Source: Amoeboaphelidium protococcarum X5 (Eukaryota; Fungi; Aphelidiomycota). From it: DNA of 64,000 bases. Below, piece by piece: positions 42,434 through 53,914 of the stretch. The DNA is taken from contig JALDTO010000192.1 in NCBI GenBank assembly GCA_023515725.1, positions 124,001 through 188,000 of the forward strand. Direction: 5' to 3'. Position 1 is the stretch's first letter; each line of letters begins with the position of its first letter. The notes below the pieces were generated by a model. That model was not told the DNA's origin. It did no database searches and saw only the letters and a program-made list of their open reading frames with translations. Both the position numbers and the translations under genes were made by a program.

Positions 42434-43876
42434 CGTCTATGCAGATATTGATCAAGGGATGGAGTGTTAACGATTAAATACAACGAACGGGCCAGGGATT
42501 GTTTCAAGTAAAACAACAATGATTTTGAGAGCGTTTCGCGAAATTCAACACATTCCATAAACAACAAACAATGGACAGCAGAGCCACGTGATGAATTAAA
42601 AGATAACAAGAATATTAAGAGAGTTTTCGAAGGCAGGCAGATTAGATTGAAAGCACGTCTATTGAAAAGCTTTCGAATAATTCTTACGCTTACAAGATCT
42701 AAGCAGAGGATTGCCAGGCAGGCTTTGTACGCCCGCGCGTGACTGCAGAACACTTCAACATGAGCGTCGCGATTTCCCGTTAACAGATTGCCGAACGGTG
42801 GCGGCTTACTGTATCCTCTTATTAAGTCAATGTTAAATTTTGAGCGTCTATTAAAAGAGATTTAAACGCTTGTAATATCAAACTTTTCTCAATTGGGGTC
42901 TTAAATCAGTGGTTGAAATCAACAATATTACACGTTCATTTTTATGGTATGATCATATAATGAAGGAAAAGTCTTTCTAGTCGAATCAAAGACTTTCGCG
43001 AAGATCATCTGGAATGACGTATTTCTCTTCTTTCGCCTGTGAGATCACTGCTGACCGATAGTATTCAAGCTTATACGGTGATAAGATGATTAGTAAAGGT
43101 TTATTTCTACTAACGCAATAGTCCCGATTTATGTCAGTGTAAAGTGGTCCTCTTCCACCACTTAGAATTGCTAGGGATGGTGAGAGTATTGACATAATGC
43201 GTGCCCGGTTGCTGTATTAATCAAGAAAGAGGGGGATCTTGGAGAGTGATCTGCTTTGCTCTACGTTTGCTTAAAAGCATCTGCACACTCTATCTCATCA
43301 GTAATTACAGTAGTACGACCGATTACTTGATGAAAATGACTGGGACCTGTATTATTGGACTGCTGGATAGAAGGAGGTGCCTGAGCATTTGCGAGATAAT
43401 GCGATTTTGAAAATGATGACGAAACATTTTAAAAATGAAGGCCGCAAGATTTTGAAAATGCCATCGTTAGATGAGTAGAAGAGTTGATCGGCCTACCAAT
43501 AGCAGATTATTGAATTTATGGTATATGAATTAGTTTATGACGGGTTCGATTTTTTAATTAAGATATTTTGTGGCGTTGTCAGTGGTTGATCTATCTAGCG
43601 GTTAGAAGATGACAGTGGTACGCACGGCAATACAATCTACATCATTTTTTGCGCGTCATAACTTGTTCAGACTCCATATCATCAGGCTTAGACTGTTAAC
43701 GCAAATATCGCGTAAGGGACTGGTTTCAGTGGGGAAATTAACTTGTAGTGTCGGAACTTAAACGCGTGCTAAATTTAGACACATCAGTAGTAATTGCTCT
43801 TCAACTGATACTAAAACGATTAGGCATTCAGTTTCTTCGTTGTCAACGTTGCAACCGAAATTGATTGCAGGTAAAA

Positions 43877-44269
43877 ATGCGCTTAAGCATCATATTCATA
43901 TGGTTCATCATCATGGCATTATTGCCATATGTCACTTTGACATTAGCTTAAAACAACACCATGTCCACTGATATGGATATGGACATGGACAATGGCTGCA
44001 TGGCAGTCACTGATACACCGCCAAGTATGCCGGACAAGACGGCCAATATTGAAACAGATTATGATTAGGAGAGTTGGTAGGCTCAACAGGAATTGATGGA
44101 TGCCGCTGCTTAGAAATAGCAGTCGAATGTAAGCATTGCTGCCATTGCTTCAGGCTTAAGCGTGATGGTTGCAGTTGCCGGAATAGTCACCATCGCAGTG
44201 CTGCGGCGTTAGTAACGACCAGTTTAGTATCAACAGTTGAACGAGAGTAACGCAGACTAGAATGCATGA
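43877..44269 (+). CDS. Small type-I membrane protein (signal peptide, Met/Asp-rich ectodomain, TM, YQQL motif), 130 aa
   Basis: MRLSIIFIWFIIMALLPYVTLTLA|QNNTMSTDMDMDMD..IAAIASGLSVMVAVAGIVTIAVL-RR..YQQL..TGA. Confidence 0.65.
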
Positions 44270-44343
44270 AAAAATGAATTCGTATAGAATATTGCCATTC
44301 AATGCATTATTGACATTAATCTTTATAGATATATCATCATTTG

Positions 44344-45552
44344 TCAATCGATGCTAATAGACTTGAACTTTCGCTACAATCCAAGTATCAAATCTTTTCC
44401 AGGGCCTTAGTAACCATCAGACGGCTTTCTTATTGGAGTGCCTACATTCCTTTTTACTATGAGACAATGTCAATTACGATATGCCATTAAGTTAAATTTC
44501 TTACCTCCTGGGCTTCTCTAAATGTTAGTCTTTCTCAAGTATGGTTCCGAAGACTTTAATCTGTTGCTAATAGAGGTCTGTAAATCGGCATTTGATGATG
44601 ATTTATCACCGCGTCTAATTTCAGTCATTTTCATTTCCTCAGTATTGCCCCGTCGGCTGGATGATACTGACGCAAAGCTTGGAGGTGGTGGTGGTGGCGG
44701 TATTCGTGGCTCCACTTTTGGCGCAAGCACTATATCAGCATCCAAGAATTCAGAATTTAAAGTCCCAGCATATTCAAGGAGATCCTACACAATTCATATA
44801 ATCTCAGATTTATATCTTGAGTTGCGACTTACCCTTTTCAAGTCTTCAATCTTGCTTTAAATTTATCGAGCCCGCAATCTGGATGAGCTTTAGTTGTTGA
44901 ATGTATTTCTACGTACTAACATCGCCATTAAAGAGAATTGATTACCGCTATGATTCTATTTGACTAGATCCTGTCTCGTCTCAGACTCTTTTAAGCTTTG
45001 AGAAGTCTATTCCAACTGTTCGATCAGTTGATTTACAGAATCATCTGCTGCTGCCTGAGATTCTTCGTGCGCTTAACCATTTGTGAGTAGTGTTGATTAC
45101 TCTTCTTCATCCCAGCAGCGTGATAGTAAATTCACTTAACTTGATCGCAATTAATCCTTTTCCACCTGTTATTAAATCAGCGCTAGACTTCTTCCCACAT
45201 CAGCAGCAATAAAGCTAGATTCCTCTTTTACTTCTTTGTTAACAGGTCCAGTGAAGAACGACTTTAATTGACTAAAAAATCCCACATTAGACTTTGACTC
45301 TTTGTGCCTCCAGATATATCCAGCAGATTTTTAATCGTCTGCACTGTAAGTATCAGTAACTGCATCTAAAGCTCCGACAATACTGCCTTACTTGACAGCC
45401 TGAAATACATTTGATATCAATTGACTGCCTTTACGGAGCGCCCCGGCAGCCTCATCAGACAACTTCAACGGAGCAGTATGACCTCTTCGCCTCGATCTAT
45501 ACTATCGCTTCTCCTAAATTTATTCAATCTATTCATACACAAAATAATCCAT
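44344..45552 (-). CDS. Proline-rich protein with a PRR11/MTFR-like C-terminal motif (introns near 44785-44832 and 44442-44504)
   Basis: PPPPPPP followed by LRKTNIQRSPG|GTPIRK..GLQRKFKS, resembling the RSPGGTP..ALRRKF motif of PRR11. Confidence 0.55.
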
Positions 45553-45590
45553 GCCTTTTACTGTGATATTTAGTGTTATTTGAGTGTGCT

Positions 45591-45852
45591 GATAACATTA
45601 AAAGAACCCCCGCTCAGAACCATGGAGTTGAAACAACAAAGAAGAATCAGAAATTGTGAAACGCGAAATCAGAAGAGACGGAAACTACTCTATTTTAAGA
45701 GTTGTCTGTGGAGTCATAAGCTATTTGTCACTACTAAATCTAAGAGGTGCAATGAGGACATCTAGATGCTAGAAATTTGACTTGCTCGAGACAATGAGGA
45801 CATACAGCTGATGAGTAGCTGACACTTTCACCCTTGCTAATGTTCATCTCTT
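45591..45852. repeat. Direct repeat, copy A (duplicated MscL 3' end and downstream sequence)
   Basis: Aligns to 51491-51752; about 150 bp core (45663-45811) is identical and the flanks are diverged. Confidence 0.95.
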
Positions 45853-46937
45853 TCAGCACACGGTCATGCGGGTTCAGCGATCACTCGTACACTTTCAAAA
45901 AAGCTCCGGCGATCTTTTCATCGGGGTACCCACATCTCCCCGTAGTAGCAACTGTAATCTTCGAATTGTCCCAACGACGTAACAAAGCCCAAAAACTCAA
46001 CCTGGCATTACACTGGACACCATCACCTTAACCTTGACCAATTTAGCATGACACCTTGCTTAAATTCATTGCATAAGCCCTTCATCATCTGCAGCACCAA
46101 TGAGCGCCTACATAGCTGTACTTAACACGTGTACCAATTTACCCAACTTACCCAGACGCAAAGATGATTACAGTATGATGCAACAACAATGACTAGCAAA
46201 CGAAATACTTATTGAAAAAGCGACCTAACATTAGGTAAAGCGCGATAGTATTTCAACAAGATATGCACATAGACATCAAGTATTTCATGCAAAAAGTCCA
46301 CTGCGCCAGGTGAACTCAACTGCAACCAAAGTTACTTCTCCATCGAATAACTCCGTGACATAACAATGCAAGCTCTTGCTGATTTGCAGGTAACCGGGTC
46401 TTAAATCTTCCTTGGCGGACAGGAAGCTAACCGAAGATGTCCCAGAACATTCGTGGTTATATTACGTGCGCCTGAAAGGAATAAGCATCATTTCTCGGAT
46501 TTTGAGCGTCGTGAGGCTCGTAGACGGAATTTGGATTACAATCTCGCGTACAACCTTTTTGAGAAGGATTGAACTTAACTAGAAAACTGAATTTACATGT
46601 ACGTTACGGTGAAATAAATTCTCAACGTATACCTGTATCTGACATAGTAATTAGTTGTTTTTAAAGAGATAATACTACAGGATGCTTTCATAAATAGCAC
46701 AAAAAGTTGGCATAACAATATATAATGATGCTACAATGAAACCATCGATTATTTGTAACCAATCTTGAAACAGAACGATTCACATGAACTGAATTTCAGT
46801 GTAAATACGAGGGGCTTAAAAGAGGTCCGTCCCTTTCAATTCGACCAATATGATTGAAACTAAGATTCCACTGTACTTGCACATTTCATTTCTTTTTCGC
46901 AGATTTTATAACCTCTGTACATATATACACGAACAAG

Positions 46938-48189
46938 ATGCTTCATGGTCCTAAGTTTAAAAGTGAATAAGAGATCATAAACATCCGAGTCAACTCTGAT
47001 ATTGATAGCTACATTAGTGAAAGCGATGTTGAATCTTAGGTCTCTGTAGAGTCACTCGAGTTACCGGAGGAAATCAATGTGGAGGAAAATTTAAACTAAT
47101 TAATCAGTGCGAAGCTGCAAGCTAATCGCGTGTACCTTGACGAAGAAGCTGGTGTGTGGCAGTTCGTTGAGTCACCTAATGCTACGCTTGGTGATATTTA
47201 GATTGTAAAAAAGCCTACTGCCTCCGCAATGATGCATTTGGTTTTAAATCCTTTTATCTACAGAAGCCTGCAGCCTATAGACTCTCTTGGCGCATTGGCC
47301 GCTATCGTCGGTGCACCATCAAATTGGCTTGATATTGTAAATTAGAAAGTAATGAATAATTCTAAAATTTAACGACTTTATCGCGAATTCGTTAGTTTAA
47401 ATATGTCCGGAAGCGAAAGTATAATATAAGATTCGTTTGATGCTCTTGTGGTGTAAGTTGGTTCATGTCTTGATATTACAGTCAGGGGTTTCCACAATTA
47501 ATCATTTGTCATTGGTGGTATCTTGGCTCGACCACATTACGATATTCGCGGTAGATCTGACACTGTGTTCAGAGGTTGGTCTGGAAATGCTTTGTTGGCA
47601 ACTGAATGTAAGAAAGCATCGGCATTTCCTACAGATAAACCATGGCATCCAGATGATTTCGACGATGTATCGGGCAGGATGCCCTACTATTTTCTATTCT
47701 TAGCTAGCTTTTAAAATATTCGTGGAAAATGATGCCCGTGAAGCTATACACACCTGGCCGTTTGGGAGCAGCGACTCTGCTGACGACAGAGAACCTTACT
47801 CTAGCGAAATGGTGGCTCGTTCTTACTGCATTGAGCAGATGACGAGTGTGATGGTATCTGTAATATCTATTTGTTTGCTAGCTTGCGGTGATGATGATCG
47901 CGACGTATCATTGGAAAACGACCTCTCATAGACGAAGACGCCGTTAAAGTCGTATGAGTTTCAATCCACTGGGATCTCTACTGGTAAGCAAATAGGCAAT
48001 AAGAGAAAGAGGGATGGCGAAGACGATCAGAAAGTAGCTCGTTCTTAAAAGCTCTAGTTAATTTAGCCTAAATTCGTATCAGGATTTATTAATACAGCAC
48101 CTATTTATACGCGTGTTCGTATTATGCCGGACGACGAAGTCCGTGATTTGGAACAGCTGTTGATTGATCTTGATAAAAGGCCTCGTTGA
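46938..48189 (+). pseudogene. Frameshifted PD-(D/E)xK-nuclease-like (possibly Crinkler-type effector) gene
   Basis: Long ORF with RGRSDTVF..LLATECKK; after DKPW the plausible continuation GIQMISTMY..CPTIFYSQLAFKIFVEND lies in another frame (shift near 47645) and runs to TGA at 48189. Confidence 0.5.
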
Positions 48190-50187
48190 ATAAAGCACAT
48201 TTTTAGCCACTGAAATTACATTGATCTTCTCTAACGCTTAAATTTGTGCTAAATACTATTCATTTTTCTAGTTTGAAGTTTTAGCTCCGCGTGCCACTTC
48301 ATAAAATAAGTTTGGGGCATATCCTTTGGCATCCGCGACAAATTTGAAACAATGCGATCGACATTGGAAGTTGCAGAGCTAAAATTAATATTTCACCCCT
48401 CTGCCTTACTATACTCTTTATTTTAAGAGAGTGGCGATTTGATATGGATTTTCATAAAAACAGTATTAAGTGTCTTTGGAAGCCTCGGCATTGTGATATA
48501 AGAAGGAGGGCGGGAGGCACCATCAGTCTGGGCAGAGGCAAAGAAGACATTCCAAGAGTGCAGTTAGCGGCTGGTGCAGGCTTCTGCTTGCTGAGAAAGC
48601 ACGTATCTGATGGCTTACCGTGGATACGTGCATGGAGTTGATAGTTCTACTCCGGCGCAGAACGACACATCTCTTCCAATGGATAAGACTTTTTGTATAA
48701 TCGCGTCAGAGCCTTCACCACAGCAGGAGTACACTCCGGCAGCTACTCGCGGGAGAGAAGGAGCGGAGGCGCCCTAATGTCATTGGTGTACAGCATGTAC
48801 TTGTTTTGGACATGACAGTACGCTGCCACAAGGAGGACATGGTTGGCCGGACCAACCTACCTCTTCAAAATGTATTAGACGAACAACCTTAACTTATCAG
48901 CGGGCATATCCATAGCGACAGGACACTCGACAACCAGATGCCCACTGTAATAGAGGGACTTTTCATACCGCGCGTTGCTGTCACAAAAGGGACAGTAGGT
49001 TTAGTTCGCCTTCCTAATCACCCAGCACCAATCAGCCAATAGCAATGAAACTCGAGAAGCGCGGCAGACGTTGTAATGTATTGATATTGCTCATTGTTCG
49101 GCACGGTACCGTCTCAAGAGTACGAAAAGTTATTTCACTACAGAAAAGAGTTTATTATTGTTCATTATGGACGCGTATTATTAATAGCTTCCAAGTCTCC
49201 GTAAATGATGTGTAAACAGAGATCCAATTATCAAGACTTGCAACAATACTGACACGCTTCCAAACAGAATATAATCTACTCACATTGAGTGTAGTTAGCA
49301 AAAAGATACGTTGCTCTGATTTTCTTACTGGTTGAATTTGTCTAACAATAAACTGGCGTTCTCAGTTGATAAAATTGTGTCACCAGTGTGTAAACTGCAT
49401 TGGCCGATTGCTTTAAAATACACCAAATGGACTGCAACGAAAGCCCGGTAAAACAATATCATGCAGAAGGTTGTTTGTACGCGTCTATATTCTTGTGCAG
49501 TATGTGCAATGTCCCTTTTCCTCAAGTCACATCCAATACGATACGTATTATAATGTATTTCATTAATGAGCGAAGTTTCGTGCGCAGCTCTTTTCAATCA
49601 GTCGCTGTGTTTTGCGCTTATTTTCACAACAATACTTTGATAAAAATTTTGGCATGGTGATTAACTATTTCGTGTTGAAACACTATTCAAATAATGATAA
49701 AATTGAATAAAAATTGGTCATGTAAATATATTCTACACTGGGAAATCGTCTGAACTTTTTAATATTGATTTTTGACACTGTTTTACTTGATTCAATTTTT
49801 TGTGATTTTGTTTTTGCTATTCTAAGTGCTAGAAGAACTCAACTACAAAAATTTTAATTAAAATATTTTAGTAAACTCAATAATAACTCAAAACATACTT
49901 ATGAGACATATATTAAATAAGTACCTTTCGATAGTGGTCTTAATATTGTAAAACATATTCAAAGAGCGTGGATTTTGCGCAGGACAATAACTAATCCAAA
50001 AAGTGGCAAAAAATTTAAACCCACGCGTGATATTGGCGCAATTTACCCCACAACTTATTGAAAAGGGGATTTCATCTCCACATCGCTTGGGGTACACTAG
50101 AAGAACAACATCCATTCATTTTATTTACAATATTGAAAAGTAAATAAGGTAAATAGACAAGTATTTTTGGTCAAAAGCTTTTATCTG

Positions 50188-50691
50188 ATGAAATCGATCC
50201 AAATCATTCCTGATTTAAATGGTGTCTTTTCACTGGCCGCTTATGGGCTTGGATGGATCTATGGAATTTTCTCAACACCTCTCGTTCTTGTATTAAGCTT
50301 TGCGCTGCTATATACTGGATTGCCCGTGATCCTGCCGGTTATTCTCTTGTACGCCATCCTAGCAGTACTTTCCGTGCTTGTGTCAATTTTTTCGCTGATC
50401 CCTTGTTTGATGGACTGGTTCTATTTTTTTCCTTCGAACGTGTTTGGACTTGGAGCCGGCCATGCACTATGCGCTTGGTTTATTCTATTAAGCTTTTGGA
50501 GTCCATATTTTCTGTTCATGTTGATCGGGATGGCTTTTTTAGTGTCAATTACAATCTTCAAGGTCACTTGCGGTGGTATCAATCCTTTACACAATGATTC
50601 GGAAGAACTCGACATCGAGAAGGCTGTTCTGACGGTGGAGAAAAATTTAGAGATTAAGAACTAAGCCGATCTCGTTTTTTAATCAATTTGA
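50188..50691 (+). CDS. Orphan multi-pass membrane protein in an AT-rich context
   Basis: Strongly hydrophobic ORF (about 4 TM) with a charged tail; TAA at 50662-50664, first TGA at 50689-50691. Confidence 0.55.
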
Positions 50692-50949
50692 AAAATCAAT
50701 ATATTTACTCAATTTGTGGCCTTGGACCGCACGTATTCTGTTAGAAATTGAGTTGTGTTATTCTACGCAATCTGATTAGTCGTGTAACAATGTAGTTATA
50801 GAAGCCTCTTATGATACAGTAGGCTGATCACTGATTGTGACACAGATCTTGATTAACAATCTTCTCATTCTCATTGAGGTTAAATACCAAGCTTAACAGC
50901 ACTACATTCTTTACTAAGAAAATCCAAAAGATGTAAAGACAAAAAAATG

Positions 50950-51385
50950 CTTACATTATGATCCTACCTACCATCTTCTCCTGGCAAGAAGGGGAGCTAA
51001 TCTGAATTAGAAAATTTGCAAGTGAAATAGAAGAAATTCTAGCACAATTCGATAAGTCAGAACATACTGACTTTGGTGAAGATTTTTAACTGTGCTCTCG
51101 ACCCATCTATTTACAGATTCTTGGTGGGAGACAGCAGATCTCGCCAAAGTTCTATTAAGCTGAAGTTAAAATAATGCGTCAAATTACTAATGAACAATGC
51201 ATGCATAGACTGATAAATATCTGGAGACTTCTTATCCCAGACAAGAGATGCTTTACCCACTCTGTCTACATTGTAAATGGTGTTGAATCATAATCAAGAA
51301 TAGACTATTTTCTCATAAACTAAAAGAGCATAGCTAGAGTACGAGATTGTAATATTTGTTAAGTACAAGGTAAAAGAGTGAAGTG
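50950..51385 (+). mobile_element. Degenerate non-LTR (LINE) retrotransposon APE-endonuclease fragment
   Basis: LINIWRLLIPDKRCFTH..SQSRIDYFLIN matches the APE pattern D.WR..P....T..SRIDY; eroded GDFN (FGEDFQ); in-frame TGA upstream; no RT seen. Confidence 0.7.
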
Positions 51386-51490
51386 AATATGAGATATAAC
51401 AAGTATGTTTACAGTTGTTTCAACTCTTGTGTGATAAAGAGAGTGAGTGAGTGACTGAAACGCGTCAACATGGTTTCAGATCTTCCTTCA

Positions 51491-51752
51491 GATGACACTA
51501 AAGGACCCCCGCTTTGAACAATGGGGTTGAAACAACAAAAGAAGATAGGGAAATTTGTGAAATGCGAAATCAGAAGAGACGGAAACTACTCTATTTTAAG
51601 AGTTGTCTGTGGAGTCATAAGCTATTTGTCACTACTAAATCTAAGAGGTGCAATGAGGACATCTAGATGCTAGAAATTTGACTTGCTCGAGACAATGAGG
51701 ACATACAGCTGACGATTAGCTGGCACTTTCACCCTTGCTGATTTTCAGCTCT
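51491..51752. repeat. Direct repeat, copy B (overlaps the 3' end of intact MscL)
   Basis: 5900 bp from copy A; identical core 51564-51712. Confidence 0.95.
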
Positions 51753-52216
51753 CGCTCAAACTTCTCGGTAAACGAGGTGTACGCTTTGATCAGCCAGTAG
51801 AGAATGAACACAATAATAAGAAATTAGACGAGAATCTGCAGAAATTGCCCATAATTCTCAGTGAATGCACCATCAGCCACAGCCTCTTCTAAAGTGGTGT
51901 AGTTGTCACGCCCGGATTTGCCAGGTTTCAACACGATGAACAGATTGACGAGAGAATTGCCGAATCCCAATTCTAGAGGAGGCATCAATATATCCTTGAG
52001 GAAGCTTGAAACCAGCTAACTAAATATCCCACCTATTATTATACCCAATCCAACATTGACCGTAGAGCTGCGCGCGATAAATTTCTTAAAATCAATCAGC
52101 CATGTATTAAGAGCTGTGTAAGAGCCCTGCACCACATTGCCCACATCGATCACTGACAATAGTCTTTCATTTTCCTCACTTTGCTAAGTATGTTTATCAC
52201 TCAAATTGTCATTCAT
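51629..52216 (-). CDS. mscL: Large-conductance mechanosensitive channel with C-terminal CxxC-CxxC zinc ribbon, 195 aa
   Basis: DFKKFIARSSTVNVGIGYIIGGIFSQLVSSFLKDILMPP..NYGQFLQILVQFLII..CPHCLEQVKFLASRCPHCTS. Confidence 0.88.
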
Positions 52217-52398
52217 ATCTGATCTCTATATGATATCAATAATGAAGTGCAATTTTAAAAGAAGATACAGTTAAATTGCACAGCACGTTCATCTATAAAA
52301 TAGTGTTTGGTGGTGTAACACTAAGATTTTAAAAGATCCGTTACACAAGATTTACGAAATCAAACTTAAGTATGTTATTAAAAAGCCTAAAAATAATG

Positions 52399-53606
52399 TC
52401 ATAATTTACTCTGATTAGATACATTAGATTTTCCTAGCACGGCAGCAGCGACTTTACTTCCAATAGGACGATTAAGTCTACGCGACATCTGACTACCCAC
52501 CACAGCAACTTTCTTCAGCATGTTGTCTATTGCTTCACGGCCTTAGATATACGCAATCTCACCTTATTGATCATCAAAAATCTCCAGTTTCAATTTGTCA
52601 GATTCAGTTAAATCACGCAGCAAATACAGTACGTCCTCGGTAGCTACATTACCACTTGCTCCCTGAGCGTATGGACATCCACCGAGACCGTTTACACTAG
52701 AGTCTACTGTACGTATTCCCATTATAATAGACTGATGAATATTAGCCAGAGCCTAGCCGTAGGTATCGTGAAAATGAACAGCGATGCGAGACAGGTCAGA
52801 AGATGATGCGGATGACTTAGATTGCAAACAGTCAATCATTTACTCCACTTTAACCGCAGTGCCAGTACCTATAGTATCACCCAGGGAGACTTCATAGCAG
52901 CCCATATCAAGCAATGAAGAACACAGATCGCGAACTTTGGTAAAATCAACATTAAGCCCCTCGTATGGACATCCCAATACACAACTCAAATAACCTCTTA
53001 CGCGTATACCATTATCCTGAGCCATCGAGACTACTTGCTCAAACTTCTTCAATGACTCTTTGACATTAACATTGGTATTCTTTAAATTGAAAGAGTCTGA
53101 CGCTGCAGTGAATATCGCAATCTCGCGTTAGAGAGGCTGTGCGGCATTCTCAGTTGCTACAATAAAGGATTCTAAGCCTTTAACATTAGGCACCAGAGCA
53201 GGGAAATACTATCCAGGAACTTGATTCTTACTAATCTGGGTCATTATCTCAGCCGCGCCTGACATCTACACAATCATCAGTGTAATAAAGACATTACGAC
53301 TTGTCACGCTGTAATAAAAGTCAGGATTGTCTTACCTATGGTACCCATTTAGGCGAGACAAAAGCTGCAGCTTCCACTCTAGACAGTCCAGCTTTAGAGA
53401 GATCTCTAATGAACTAAATTCTCTCCGCAGCGCTCAGCGTAAGTTTTTCATTCTATAAACCGTCTCTCGGCCCAACTACAATAAATGTAAAAGTCAGAGT
53501 GATCAAGACGATCGAATGACTGAATATAACATTTACCTTCTACTATTCGAATGACATTACTCGGACGTGCAGCTGACAGTAAGCGCCTAACTTTGACAAA
53601 ATTCAT
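52399..53606 (-). CDS. HMGCL: Hydroxymethylglutaryl-CoA lyase; introns 53476-53536 and 53266-53335; C-terminal SKL
   Basis: VE|VGPRDGL(Q)[10 protein letters not shown](Q)|M, GCPYEG, SLGDTIG, HFHDTYG(Q)[23 protein letters not shown]. Confidence 0.95.
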
Positions 53607-53914
53607 AATGAAGAAACTTTGTTTTAGGAGATTATAATAACTGACAGGAGATGATGAAATTCAGAGGGTTGGCCACAGCAAATGTAAGTTTTCTAGTGGG
53701 AATTCTCAAAAGCGGTCCAATCGCTACGGGAGAGCTCGAAACTGATCAAACAATGCTCAACATTAGGATAGCTTCACGTCTTGATATACATAGACTTGAA
53801 AAATGCAGAGATAATGAAAAGAAAAAAGATAAAGATATGATGTAGCTCTTAATATCATCGAAAGCAATTATCTAATCACCTAATCAAAAAGTTATATTTA
53901 CCAAAATCAAATGA

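Noticed and set aside
43045-43464. About 140-codon minus-strand table-6 ORF
   Set aside because: No motifs; with a single stop codon, ORFs of this length arise by chance.
43520-43570. GGGTTCGAT, tRNA T-loop-like (a possible suppressor tRNA-Gln was sought)
   Set aside because: No T-stem pairing or cloverleaf; no tRNA recognised in the window.
48440-49660. Coding-like fragments inside the island
   Set aside because: No coherent, recognisable protein could be assigned in any frame.
31930-52216. Bacterial contamination, CRISPR or defence system suggested by the bacterial-type domains
   Set aside because: The adhesins and MscL use TAR-Gln codons and are contiguous with intron-containing genes; no repeat-spacer array is present.
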